This document shows, in pieces, positions 1 through 10,862 of a stretch of DNA of 64,000 nt. The notes beneath the pieces are model-generated. The model was not told where the DNA came from, ran no database searches, and saw only the letters and a list, made by a program, of their open reading frames with translations. Source of the stretch: Octopus vulgaris. Lineage: Eukaryota. The position numbers and the translations under genes are program-made. The number at the start of each line of letters is the position of its first letter. Position 1 is the first letter of the stretch. Location: the NCBI GenBank assembly GCA_951406725.2, contig OX597826.1, positions 52,824,001 to 52,888,000 on the forward strand, given 5' to 3'.

Positions 1-439
1 ATTCAGTACGCGTACTAAAACCTCCATTAGACTAAAAGAATAAGTTTGAAATCTATATTTTTTCCATCTAGTGATACATCATTATGATAACTCGATCTTT
101 TAACGTTCAGAATAATCTTCAGGAATGTGTGGACTGTAAACCTTTTACTTCCATTGTAAGGATTCATTATAATAAAATATCTCTCTAATTCTAAAACGTT
201 CTTTAAACATAATTTACAATCTGGTAATTACAACATTAGTTAACTCCCTGATGACTTTCCACATAAGAAATATCGAAAACTTTGGGATAATCTACAGTTG
301 TGAATTCCCGTTCATACTTATAATCGTATTCCAATTAATATTAACTCATATTTTAATTAAAATACCTCTAATTGATGTGTACTATTTGTTTACTAGTTGA
401 AATTACTGTTTCTAAAACCTGAGATATGCATTTAAAGTG

Positions 440-467
440 ATATATTTTTATATCTTAAATTTCAGGT
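440..467 (+). promoter_or_regulatory. Candidate 3' splice acceptor of the ZNF coding exon
   Basis: AT/pyrimidine-rich tract ending tttcag|gt at 465/466, ~190 nt upstream of the ATG. Confidence 0.45.
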
Positions 468-657
468 GTAGCTGATTCACCAACATTTCTTTTCTGTATC
501 TTGCGCTGAAAAGAAATATATTACTGTGAAGACGTTTGTAGATACAACTGTCAGAAAATATTGATACAAATGAAAGGAATATCTTAATTTGCCAACAATG
601 CAGTAACTCTTCATTTTGTTCTCACAAATTACATTCCATTTAAATAGTTGCTAACTG

Positions 658-3600
658 ATGGAGCCTATAGTTGTTTATCGAAGCCCAGCTGAACCTTTTG
701 AATTTTCAAACCCACAGGCGGCAAATGTTAACGAAAATAGCCACATTTTTAGGAGAGACTTGTCATTCAATCAGCAAAATAAAGAATTTCATATACATTC
801 ACCATATCAATCAGAAATGTTTACATCTCCAAACCACTATGACATTATGGGTCCTTTATATTTTAATACAAATATGATTCCATACTCTCCTATTTTAAAT
901 TCGACTCATATACGGCGTTTACCGGACAGTAATATAATTGAATATTCTGCTATGTCTAACCCTTATTATAACGCGTGTCCTTCTTTTGTTCCTTTAAATG
1001 ATAATGAAATATATAATAATGCCACGGAAAGTACGATATACCAAAGCAATAAACGCCATCTGACATTGCTTTCCCCCGTTCATAATAATGGTACTGTAAA
1101 ACGACCACGCATGATTCAACCAAACAAAGTTTCAGAAACACGGCCCATACATTTCTGGAGGCCATTTTTGAATGAAGAGTCACCGGATTGCGTGCCCAGA
1201 AGAAGCGATAGCAATAACACTGATGACAAACAACGAAATAACAAGAAACTATATTCAAATGATAGTAATTCTAAAGCCTGTTACGAAATACCGGTGAACA
1301 ACAATAAGAACAACAATAAAAATAATGATAACAACAAAAGTGAAAATTTAAGTCATAGGACTATCCATAATACATCTCCAACGTATTTAAGACAAACGAA
1401 TGAGGCAAAAAGTAAACATAGTGAAAGTAGTAATAAAAAGAAAGAGGAGAGAATGTTAACAATGGCGAAAACAATTGATTTACTTCGAGAAGCAAGAACT
1501 GAGTGTGATACCGAAGAACCAGTAAATTTAATCGTTCCCAATATTCGAAATTGCGAAGAGGAACTATTGAAAGAGAACAATTATGTGGAAGATTATTGTA
1601 CTAATTGTAAAATATGTAATTTTCATGAGAGACCCCACTCAAATTCTAGGCCGGTTAGTTTGTTATCGACCACACGACAAAATGAAGGAAACGAATCTTT
1701 ATCTTACGCGTCTGATGGCAACATAACACGGAAATCTCCGAGTATCTCTGATTTACCTGCAAATATCAATCGCTGGCAACAGAGAATGAAGGAAGCAAAT
1801 ATGTCCCCATCCAATGGAACTGATAATATGTATAAAAGTTTTGCAAACGACACTCCAGATAGTAGTTTGCAATCAGCACTGGGCAAGAATATGTTTGACG
1901 GCATGCATTACCCACCATCAAATTATTCTTGGAGCAATAAAGGTAGGACTTCTAATGAATATCCTTCGTCCAGAGCTGTCGATTTTGGTGCATGCACAGG
2001 CCATGAAAATGCCTTTAGAGTCTCCTTAATGTACAATGAACTACACCATGGCCATTCAGAAGCATCAAATATGAAAGAAAATGAAAAAAATATTCCAAAA
2101 CATCATTCACCAAATTCCAGTTTTAATTTCAACCATTCAAGAAATTTTAATTTAGAAGCAAAATCCAGTAAATGTAATAACTATGAAAAATTAAAAACTA
2201 GTGAGCCACCACTGTCACAAAATGCATATAAGACCGTAGACTCCTATTACGGTTCGTGTAATTTCATGAAATATAAAATGAATTATTGGCAAAATGGAAT
2301 GGAGACACATCCGAATAAGCATATCGTCAATTGCAATGAAAAGGCAATTAGATATAATAAACACTCAATCCAGTCATCGGATGATAATACCAAAATGAAC
2401 ATTGAAAAGGGTGCGGCATCCCACCAAATTCACGAAAATTGCCATAAAGAAAGATTAGATAAAGTTCCAGAATCAGCTATAACTTTTTCGCAGAAGGGTT
2501 TGAGTCGACATATTCATCGAGGTTTTCATCCAGTTAATGTAGACAGGTGTACAGAGGAACGCCATGCGGTACATTCGGCAGAAAACTGTCGCAGCGTAAA
2601 CGAAAATACTTCACTAAACGCCATTGTAGATAATGCTGTGCACAAGCCAAAACCTACACAACCAAACCACCACCTGCAAGTAAATCAGAATTATACAGGG
2701 ACTGGAGAACTAAGAAATACAGCATCAGAAATGCATTCAAAAGAGGTATATTTTAAGTTGATTCATTCTTCAATGAATACAAACAATGGATGTTCAGAAA
2801 AAAATATTTCTGAACCTGAAAATATTAGCATAACAGAGCTAAACAAACATATGTTAAATCAGAAAAGCAAAGAATATATACATAACAAAACTACTTCCAG
2901 TAATACTGAAAGTATTCCAGTGTCTGTTATGCATAAGGCTCTGGAAGAAAACACTAATGACATGACTCCGGATGGTGGTCCAAAACAATCCAATTCAATT
3001 GAAATTATTCAGAATACTGTTTTACAAACAGCAACAATTCGGAATGCTCCACTTCTAATGCTTCCTAATAAGGGAGGTGTACCAGAGGTTAACAAAAGAA
3101 CAAACGTTACGGATGATTTCACAACAAATGAAGGTACAACAAACATTATAAACAGAGAACAAGCCACAAAAGAAGTCACTATGGCATTGGACTCGTGTGG
3201 GTATAGTAAAGATGTAGAAGAGGAGGAAACATATCAAACAACACTCCATGATACGCAAACTAACGCAACAGAAACTACTTATTTGAGTAACACTGGCAAA
3301 CAAACAGCTAAGGAAACGATGTCGGACTCACAAACAAACTTTCCAAATACGAAAAATTCTGAAAATTCATCTTTACAATGTGTTTATTGTGATGAAATAT
3401 TCCCAACAACGAAATTATTGAAGGAACATTTGAAGTCTCACCCAGCCAATTCTCCTTATTTATGCCCACATTGTGATTTAAAATTTTCATCCAAACCAAG
3501 GTATTTGCGACATGCTCTATTACACACTAAAGAAAAACCTTATACCTGTGAAGAATGCCAAAAATGTTTTACAACAGTCACTGCCTTCCATAGACATCTT

Positions 3601-4413
3601 CATGCAAAAAGGCATTCTGGCAATAATTTATCAACTTGTAAGCAGTGTGGTCTGTCTTTCATTGATGATGTATATATGAGCTTGCACTTTAAAACCCATA
3701 CAGGTGAGCATCCATTCCAATGCGACATATGTGGCAATATATTTGCATGCAAGAACAACTTGAAAAATCATATCATGACCCATACAGGCGAGAAACCGTT
3801 CCAATGTGTTCATTGTGCTAAAAGATTCGTTACCAATTTTTCTTTAAAAGTTCACATCAGGACACACACAAAAGACTATCCATATAGCTGTAAGATCTGT
3901 AAGAAAAAATTCCTGTGCAGTTCCAACATGACTAGTCATGTGAGAACTCACACAGGTGAAAAGAGACATCAGTGCTATAAGTGCGGCAAGTTTTTTTCCA
4001 GTCTGTCTGGTATTCAAGGACACCAACGGACTCACACTGGGGAATGTCCTTATAGTTGTAATATCTGCAATAAGTCCTTCGCTAGTAAGTTTTCTTTGCG
4101 AATCCATAAACGAACTCATTCTGGCGAAAACCCACATCGATGCAGTTACTGTAATAAGACATTTTCAAATAGTTCAAATATGCGCCGGCATCTTCGAATT
4201 CACACGGGCGAACGACCATATAGTTGTACATACTGTTCGAAAGCCTTTTGTAGCAGTACATACCTGAAATCTCATATTCGAACGCATACAGGTGAAAAAC
4301 CTTATAAATGTAAATATTGTGGTAAAGAGTTCTCCAATACTCTGTGTTTCAAACAGCACGTTAATAATCACGAAAAGAACTCCTCATATCCTTTACCAAC
4401 GGGAAAAAAATAA
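658..4413 (+). CDS. C2H2 zinc-finger protein, 1251 aa, 12 tandem C-terminal fingers after a ~900-aa low-complexity N-terminus; CDS in one exon
   Basis: Uninterrupted ORF with an in-frame TAA at 652-654 before the ATG. Twelve CxxC...HxxxH units from ~3379 to ~4372 with TGEKPF/TGERPY/TGECPY linkers. No KRAB/BTB/SCAN domain recognised. Confidence 0.95.
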   Translation: MEPIVVYRSPAEPFEFSNPQAANVNENSHIFRRDLSFNQQNKEFHIHSPYQSEMFTSPNHYDIMGPLYFNTNMIPYSPILNSTHIRRLPDSNIIEYSAMSNPYYNACPSFVPLNDNEIYNNATESTIYQSNKRHLTLLSPVHNNGTVKRPRMIQPNKVSETRPIHFWRPFLNEESPDCVPRRSDSNNTDDKQRNNKKLYSNDSNSKACYEIPVNNNKNNNKNNDNNKSENLSHRTIHNTSPTYLRQTNEAKSKHSESSNKKKEERMLTMAKTIDLLREARTECDTEEPVNLIVPNIRNCEEELLKENNYVEDYCTNCKICNFHERPHSNSRPVSLLSTTRQNEGNESLSYASDGNITRKSPSISDLPANINRWQQRMKEANMSPSNGTDNMYKSFANDTPDSSLQSALGKNMFDGMHYPPSNYSWSNKGRTSNEYPSSRAVDFGACTGHENAFRVSLMYNELHHGHSEASNMKENEKNIPKHHSPNSSFNFNHSRNFNLEAKSSKCNNYEKLKTSEPPLSQNAYKTVDSYYGSCNFMKYKMNYWQNGMETHPNKHIVNCNEKAIRYNKHSIQSSDDNTKMNIEKGAASHQIHENCHKERLDKVPESAITFSQKGLSRHIHRGFHPVNVDRCTEERHAVHSAENCRSVNENTSLNAIVDNAVHKPKPTQPNHHLQVNQNYTGTGELRNTASEMHSKEVYFKLIHSSMNTNNGCSEKNISEPENISITELNKHMLNQKSKEYIHNKTTSSNTESIPVSVMHKALEENTNDMTPDGGPKQSNSIEIIQNTVLQTATIRNAPLLMLPNKGGVPEVNKRTNVTDDFTTNEGTTNIINREQATKEVTMALDSCGYSKDVEEEETYQTTLHDTQTNATETTYLSNTGKQTAKETMSDSQTNFPNTKNSENSSLQCVYCDEIFPTTKLLKEHLKSHPANSPYLCPHCDLKFSSKPRYLRHALLHTKEKPYTCEECQKCFTTVTAFHRHLHAKRHSGNNLSTCKQCGLSFIDDVYMSLHFKTHTGEHPFQCDICGNIFACKNNLKNHIMTHTGEKPFQCVHCAKRFVTNFSLKVHIRTHTKDYPYSCKICKKKFLCSSNMTSHVRTHTGEKRHQCYKCGKFFSSLSGIQGHQRTHTGECPYSCNICNKSFASKFSLRIHKRTHSGENPHRCSYCNKTFSNSSNMRRHLRIHTGERPYSCTYCSKAFCSSTYLKSHIRTHTGEKPYKCKYCGKEFSNTLCFKQHVNNHEKNSSYPLPTGKK

Positions 4414-4513
4414 TTTTACTAATTTGAACTTAAAATTCTATTTCAATATTTTTTTTCTTCCCTTATTATTTAAAAATTGGTTTCCAAGTTCGTGAATTTG
4501 TTCGAAATAATAC

Positions 4514-4573
4514 AATAAAGTAATCAAAACCAAATGCAACAAGACCATGAAACGCAACTGAAATAAAAATAAA
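4514..4573 (+). terminator. Candidate polyadenylation signals of the ZNF gene
   Basis: AATAAA at 4514 and again at ~4562 and ~4568, 100-160 nt after the stop codon; weak evidence in AT-rich DNA. Confidence 0.35.
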
Positions 4574-4638
4574 TAGTTTAATTTTGTTGATTGACAGTCA
4601 GTTGAGACAGCAGTTATTACAAAATAAACGCACGATTT

Positions 4639-4671
<33 letters not shown>

Positions 4672-4673
<2 letters not shown>

Positions 4674-5686
4674 CGTTTTTGGATTTGGTTTGTAAGATTC
4701 TTTATATAAGTTTGTGCGTTAAAGCGTATTCTGTTGTGTCTGAGGAGAGTAATTCTCTTTAGTGCCTTATAATTTAACACACTCACCGGTAAAATTTCCA
4801 CTCATTTCCTTCTTTATTTTTCGAAAAATGTCGGTGCATCTTGCAACCTTTTCAATCGTTGTTGAATCTGCCTGTATTCATACTACGTGCATTTTTTGCT
4901 TGAGTGCATGTATGTGGGTGAGTGTATGAGTGTGCTTGTCTGTTCATATAACCTATGTACCTAACCGTTTGTATGTCTATCTGTTTACTTTCATATCCAT
5001 ATGCTTATATACATGTGCATATACATATGCATACACCCACAGACACACACGCACACATACATCTATCTAGATAACAGACCACTAACTATTCTACTCTACC
5101 TGTATACAATGTGGCTATGGGGGTATGATATGTAATACGTATATTTCCTATTTAGTATTGGGGAAGTTTCATTTATAAGGACGTATTCCCGTATTTGTCT
5201 GAGTGTTGGGTCCTTTGTGGGCTTGGATAAGATGCGGATGTCAAGTTGACCCAGGTTGCCTCCATGTTGGTCCTTGGCATGTTGGTAGAGTATGGAGGAC
5301 TGATTTTTGTCGTCATATTGTCTCAAATTTGAGACATGACCATATATACACATGACCATATATACACACACACACTTTATTCACACAAGGTCACATATGG
5401 AGGCACATGTCCACACGTATGGAGATACACATCCATACATACAAACATAATACGTATGCAAAATACCCATACACACACATGCACACACTACGAGACAGTG
5501 CACACACTAGGAGACAGTGGAAAAAACACACACACATACATAAAAACACACAAACACGGACATGCAAACACATGAGTATGCAGAATATACATACAAATGT
5601 ATACACATACATACATGTATACATATGCACACACACACACACATACATGTATACACACATGCATGCATACATACATACATGTGTAT

Positions 5687-5734
<48 letters not shown>

Positions 5735-5922
5735 CCACACATATGCGCACAAACAAAAAAGAACGCAGTGTGAATGACGGACAGAGTCAACAAATACGGA
5801 AAAGGTTGCAAGTCGCAACGAAAATTTTAGAAAAATAAAGAAGGAAATGAGTGGAAATTTTACCGGTGTGTGTGTTAAATTATAAGGCACTAAAAGAGAA
5901 TGGCTCTCCACAGACAGAATAG
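4672..5922 (-). mobile_element. Old Penelope-like element remnant with inverted terminal arms and a GIY-YIG C-terminal fragment
   Basis: ~4725-4925 is a diverged reverse complement of ~5730-5920. The minus ORF 5096-5371 contains [14 protein letters not shown]...DPTLRQIREYVLINETSPILNRK, homologous to the endonuclease tail of the 8.6-10.7 kb element. Flanked by (TA)n. Confidence 0.8.
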
Positions 5923-5964
5923 TATATATATATATATATTTACATACATATATATATATATATG

Positions 5965-6019
<55 letters not shown>

Positions 6020-6064
6020 GTATGTATGTATCTATCTATCTTTCTATCTATCTATCTATATCTA

Positions 6065-6105
<41 letters not shown>

Positions 6106-6156
6106 GTGTGTGTACATATATATATATATATATACATGCACATAAAGAGGTCGTAT

Positions 6157-6195
<39 letters not shown>

Positions 6196-6200
<5 letters not shown>

Positions 6201-6968
6201 GCCACTCCGGATTATCAGCGTCACTCGGGCTCTCACAGATTTCGCATAAGACGCATGCCTACTCGAAGAATTTCAAGTTGTTTCGCTTTATTTCTAGCCC
6301 CAAATGGCTTATTTTTTTTATATCTAGCACTGTCTTTCTCTATCTCTGAGTTAAGAGTAAAAATAAAGCAACCTTACAAAACACAACTGATCTTTACATA
6401 CAGAAGCACAAAGTAACAGCAATGAAATAACGACAGCGGAGTGTACAACAAGCATCACCGACCTGACTGTCACCAGTACTCTTGAGAAGTGATGCCAGTT
6501 GGTTGTTTTACACCTACTAGACCCGTTCTTATTAGCCCGATTTACTGAATAGCTTTTCCTTCTTTTAAGAATATTGCAGAACTGGAACTTTTCATAGATT
6601 GGAATTTAAATCCTAATCTCTATAGAAATTTATTGTTTCAAGAAAACATTGAATATGAATTACTTTTAATTTTTACGATTATAGATAACAACTCAAAATA
6701 TAACTTCTGAGCCCTAGTCAGGCGCGTGTGAACCATGTAGAGAGAACGTCTGCTACGAATAATATTTTTTGACAAAGGGCACCTCTAAGACGACCGCCAG
6801 GTGCTAAAGGAAAATAAATGAACTGCTACCAGGTTGAATTGAAGGAGCCCGAGTTATTGGCTACAATTACATACTTGAAGTTAGTGTTGGCAGAAATTAT
6901 ATCAGCTTTCACTTTTACTAAATTTATAATCGGACTAAGCCCGAACAGCCCGAGTGCCGGAGTTACCA

Positions 6969-6971
<3 letters not shown>
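6196..6971. mobile_element. Non-autonomous DNA transposon / MITE-like element
   Basis: Imperfect TIRs CAGAGGCCACTCCGG...CCGGAGTTACCACTG; repeated AGCCC(GA)/TCGGGCT subterminal motifs; no ORF; lies between (TA)n tracts. Confidence 0.6.
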
Positions 6972-7044
<73 letters not shown>

Positions 7045-7050
7045 CATATA

Positions 7051-7086
<36 letters not shown>

Positions 7087-7100
7087 TGTATGTATGTATG

Positions 7101-7204
<104 letters not shown>

Positions 7205-7456
7205 ATCGAGGTGAAACCGGTGGTCATTTGCTCGTTGACAAGTGTTGATTTTTTCTAATTCCCACGATAAATAAATATATCATCAATCAAGATACGAATG
7301 GAGTTTTCTCTTTCTAAAAAACAATAGTATTTCGCACGCATATGCAGTTACTTACATACGTACATACATGCATACATACACGCACGCACACACGCACAAG
7401 CACAAAAACACACGCACGCACACAAACACACACATATATTTACATAGATACATATG

Positions 7457-7494
<38 letters not shown>

Positions 7495-7609
7495 CAAAAT
7501 GGGGCGAGAATACAAAACATCCAGACAGTTAGTTGATACAAGAAAAGGACAACAAAACATCCAGATGGACGATACAAAAAAACAAGGACGGGTCATTCGG
7601 AGTTTTCTT

Positions 7610-8252
7610 GGGAAGTCAAAACTTAACTGCATTTTCTCCATAACATCTTTCTTAATGCCACACTGCTTTCTGCGCATGCGTGCTTATAGTTGGTAATATT
7701 TTGGTCACGTGATCGAAGTTGGAGCCTGATCGCGCCATTTTTCTTTCTGTTTTTATAGTGTAAGCATGGCCGCTCCACTAGCAATGTGCAAAGAGCGGTG
7801 TTCCTATTTCTCTCGTTGGAAGGTGTGTCAGGTGCTGAAATTCATTGGAGGCTTTTAGCACAATACGAGGACAGTGCACTACCGCGTAAAAGTGTGTATG
7901 AGTGGATCGAGAAGTTTAAAAATTGCCGGACAGGCGTGACGCATGAAGAAAGAGCAAGACGCCCGTCGACCACTGACGAGAAGATTCAGCAAGCTCGAGA
8001 GATGATAATGGTAAACCGGTTCACCATTACCATCTCTCGGATCACTGCTCTTTGTTCTTCGTTGGTACACATTGCTAATGGGGCAGCCAAGCTTAATCTG
8101 TAAAGCCAGAAAGAAAAATTGCGTGATCAGGCTCAGACTTCGATCATGTGACCACAATAGTACAAACTATAAGTACGCATGTACAGAATCCAGAGTGACA
8201 ATAATAAAGATATGTTACAGCGAAAGTGCAGATAACTTTTGACTTGACCTCG
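7610..8252 (+). mobile_element. Internally deleted mariner remnant
   Basis: TIR-like ends GGGAAGTCAAAACTTAACTGCA / TGCAGATAACTTTTGACTTGACCTCG-TA. ORF 7786-8103 resembles the mariner N-terminal HTH (QRAV..FL...G.SGAEIH.RL...Y...AL.RKSVYEW..KFK...RPST). Confidence 0.8.
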
Positions 8253-8524
8253 TACATGTATATATATTGAAAAAAGTCCGTTTCCATGTTTTTGTTTTTA
8301 TGTCCTGTACCCATATATGCATTGCATATATGGGTACAAAAAAGCGTTAAACACAATGAGAAACGAAAACATAAAATCAAAAACATGGAAACGGACTTTT
8401 TTCAAACAACGAAAAAACAGAGTTCAAGACATACAACACAAGGAATATTCCCCTTCTTCAGTTGTCCCTGTTTCGTCTACTCTGCATACATACATACATA
8501 CATACATACATAATACATACATAT

Positions 8525-8591
<67 letters not shown>

Positions 8592-9330
8592 GTACGTTTA
8601 AATATTTGTTGTGCAAGATTTTTTATGTGAAGTCGTGTGTTGAAACAGATATTGTTATATTTCGGAATGGTCATATTGCCAGTTTAGCCAATAAAAACAC
8701 ACGCACTATATATTTGGTGTTATTTTGCTTCATTGATATTTATTTTTTACATTAATCTTAATCTTATTTCGGCCAAAGTTCTTTCGTCACACTCCTGTGA
8801 CCGCATCAGTGGTCCTTTGTTTTCTTCTCACTTACTTGTGTCTCTCCTTACTAACCGTCAGCCATTTTGTATTTCTATTGTATGTCTTCATTTGCGCATG
8901 CTTATATCTCTATGTGCGTCTATGTTTATTTAGTGTGTGTGTGGGGGGATGCCTGTAATATTTGTATCTTCTGGTTATATACATTCTTGTAATTTGTATT
9001 TTGTTTTTGTTGTTGTTGCTTTTGTTCTAATTTTGTTCATGTGTTTACATCCACCCATTATTATCATTACATATGCTTGTATGTATGTATAACAACAATA
9101 TTAGTAATAATAATAATAAATCTAATCGAGAAAAAAAAAAAAAAAGAATATACATATACATATATATATATATACATACATATACATATACATATATATA
9201 TATATACATATATACACACATATATACACATATACATATACATATATATACACATATACATATATATAGATATTCATTTCTATTTCTTTAATTACCTGTG
9301 TATTTATTATGTTTGCAGGATCCACTATTG

Positions 9331-9679
9331 TCATATGTTGTGGTGTGCGCTATTGCTCCATTCTAGTTTTCTATTCAGGCTAGGTTTATTTTCTATTATA
9401 TGTGTAGCTTCTGTAATTTGTCTAATTGTTGCATCTGTTCTATGTGTGGACAATATCTTAATCTCTATGTTATTGATTGATCCCCCGTGTTCTTGTTCGG
9501 CGTGTTGGTACAGAATCGATGAGCTTTTACCTTCCTTGAGTTGTCTCCAATGTTCATTCACCCGCTCACCAATGCTTCTTGCAGTTTCCCCTACGTATGT
9601 TACTGTCTTGTTACTGCATCGTCCCTCTATACATCTTATACTATAGACCACATTTCTGGCTTTACAGTTCGTTTGTGGG
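9331..9679 (-). pseudogene. GIY-YIG endonuclease fragment of a Penelope-like element (mirror copy ~9680-9995 on +)
   Basis: NVVY...YVGET.R...R..EH motif, catalytic E (QITEA) and terminal LN motif; no RT domain upstream. Confidence 0.88.
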
Positions 9680-10512
9680 CTATAGTATAAGATGTATAGA
9701 GGGACGATGCAGTAACAAGACAGTAACATACGTAGGGGAAACTGCAAGAAGCATTGGTGAGCGGGTGAATGAACATTGGAGACAACTCAAGGAAGGTAAA
9801 AGCTCATCGATTCTGTACCAACACGCCGAACAAGAACACGGGGGATCAATCAATAACATAGAGATTAAGATATTGTCCACACATAGAACAGATGCAACAA
9901 TTAGACAAATTACAGAAGCTACACATATAATAGAAAATAAACCTAGCCTGAATAGAAAACTAGAATGGAGCAATAGCGCACACCACAACATATGACAATA
10001 GTGGATCCTGCAAACATAATAAATACACAGGTAATTAAAGAAATAGAAATGAATATCTATATATATGTATATGTGTATATATATGTATATGTATATGTGT
10101 ATATATGTGTGTATATATGTATATATATATATATGTATATGTATATGTATGTATATATATATATATGTATATGTATATTCTTTTTTTTTTTTTTTTTCTC
10201 GATTAGATTTATTATTATTATTACTAATATTGTTGTTATACATACATACAAGCATATGTAATGATAATAATGGGTGGATGTAAACACATGAACAAAATTA
10301 GAACAAAAGCAACAACAACAAAAACAAAATACAAATTACAAGAATGTATATAACCAGAAGATACAAATATTACAGGCATCCCCCCACACACACACTAAAT
10401 AAACATAGACGCACATAGAGATATAAGCATGCGCAAATGAAGACATACAATAGAAATACAAAATGGCTGACGGTTAGTAAGGAGAGACACAAGTAAGTGA
10501 GAAGAAAACAAA

Positions 10513-10557
10513 GGACCACTGATGCGGTCACAGGAGTGTGACGAAAGAACTTTGGCC
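10513..10557 (+). ncRNA. Variant hammerhead-like motif in the PLE terminal region (mirror at 8771-8815 on -)
   Basis: ggacca-CTGATG-cg-[gtcaca ggag tgtgac]-GAAA-gaac-TT-tggcc. Stem II is perfect and stem I is cca/tgg, but the core is non-canonical at position 9. Confidence 0.45.
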
Positions 10558-10754
10558 GAAATAAGATTAAGATTAATGTAAAAAATAAATATCAATGAAG
10601 CAAAATAACACCAAATATATAGTGCGTGTGTTTTTATTGGCTAAACTGGCAATATGACCATTCCGAAATATAACAATATATATATTTATATATATATATA
10701 TGATTGAAAATATTGGAGTCGACAAGAAGGAGTACGGTTGGACATTTATGTTTT

Positions 10755-10862
10755 AATCACTACAATTGTTTCCACGCAGCGTAGTTCTCCAGACGTGCAG
10801 GTGCTTGATTATGCAACCGCTTCCCTGCATTTTGAGATCTAGTTGTGCTTCTTCAGGTGATT
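10755..10862 (-). ncRNA. Type I hammerhead ribozyme with an extended stem II
   Basis: Minus strand: aatcac-CTGAAGA-[77-nt imperfect hairpin]-GAAA-caattg-TA-gtgatt; 6-bp stem I and palindromic stem/loop III. Confidence 0.7.

Larger units (their letters stand above)
8590..10679. mobile_element. Palindromic (fold-back) 5'-truncated Penelope-like element with GIY-YIG endonuclease C-terminus in both arms
   Basis: 8649-9646 is the reverse complement of 9680-10679, with a 33-nt spacer. The minus strand reads [14 protein letters not shown]...[16 protein letters not shown]...RQITEA..I....PSLN, a PLE GIY-YIG. Flanked by (TA)n. Confidence 0.92.

Noticed and set aside
110-290. CTGATGA...GAAA at ~248-278 and CTGAAGA on the minus strand at ~116-122
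   Set aside because: No convincing stem III, NUH triplet or stem I closure; not called as hammerheads
9579-9995. Two 138-aa 'genes' with identical N-termini (MQFPLRMLL...)
   Set aside because: The N-terminus is the antisense of the opposite palindrome arm and has a non-ATG start; only the GIY-YIG part is real TE coding sequence
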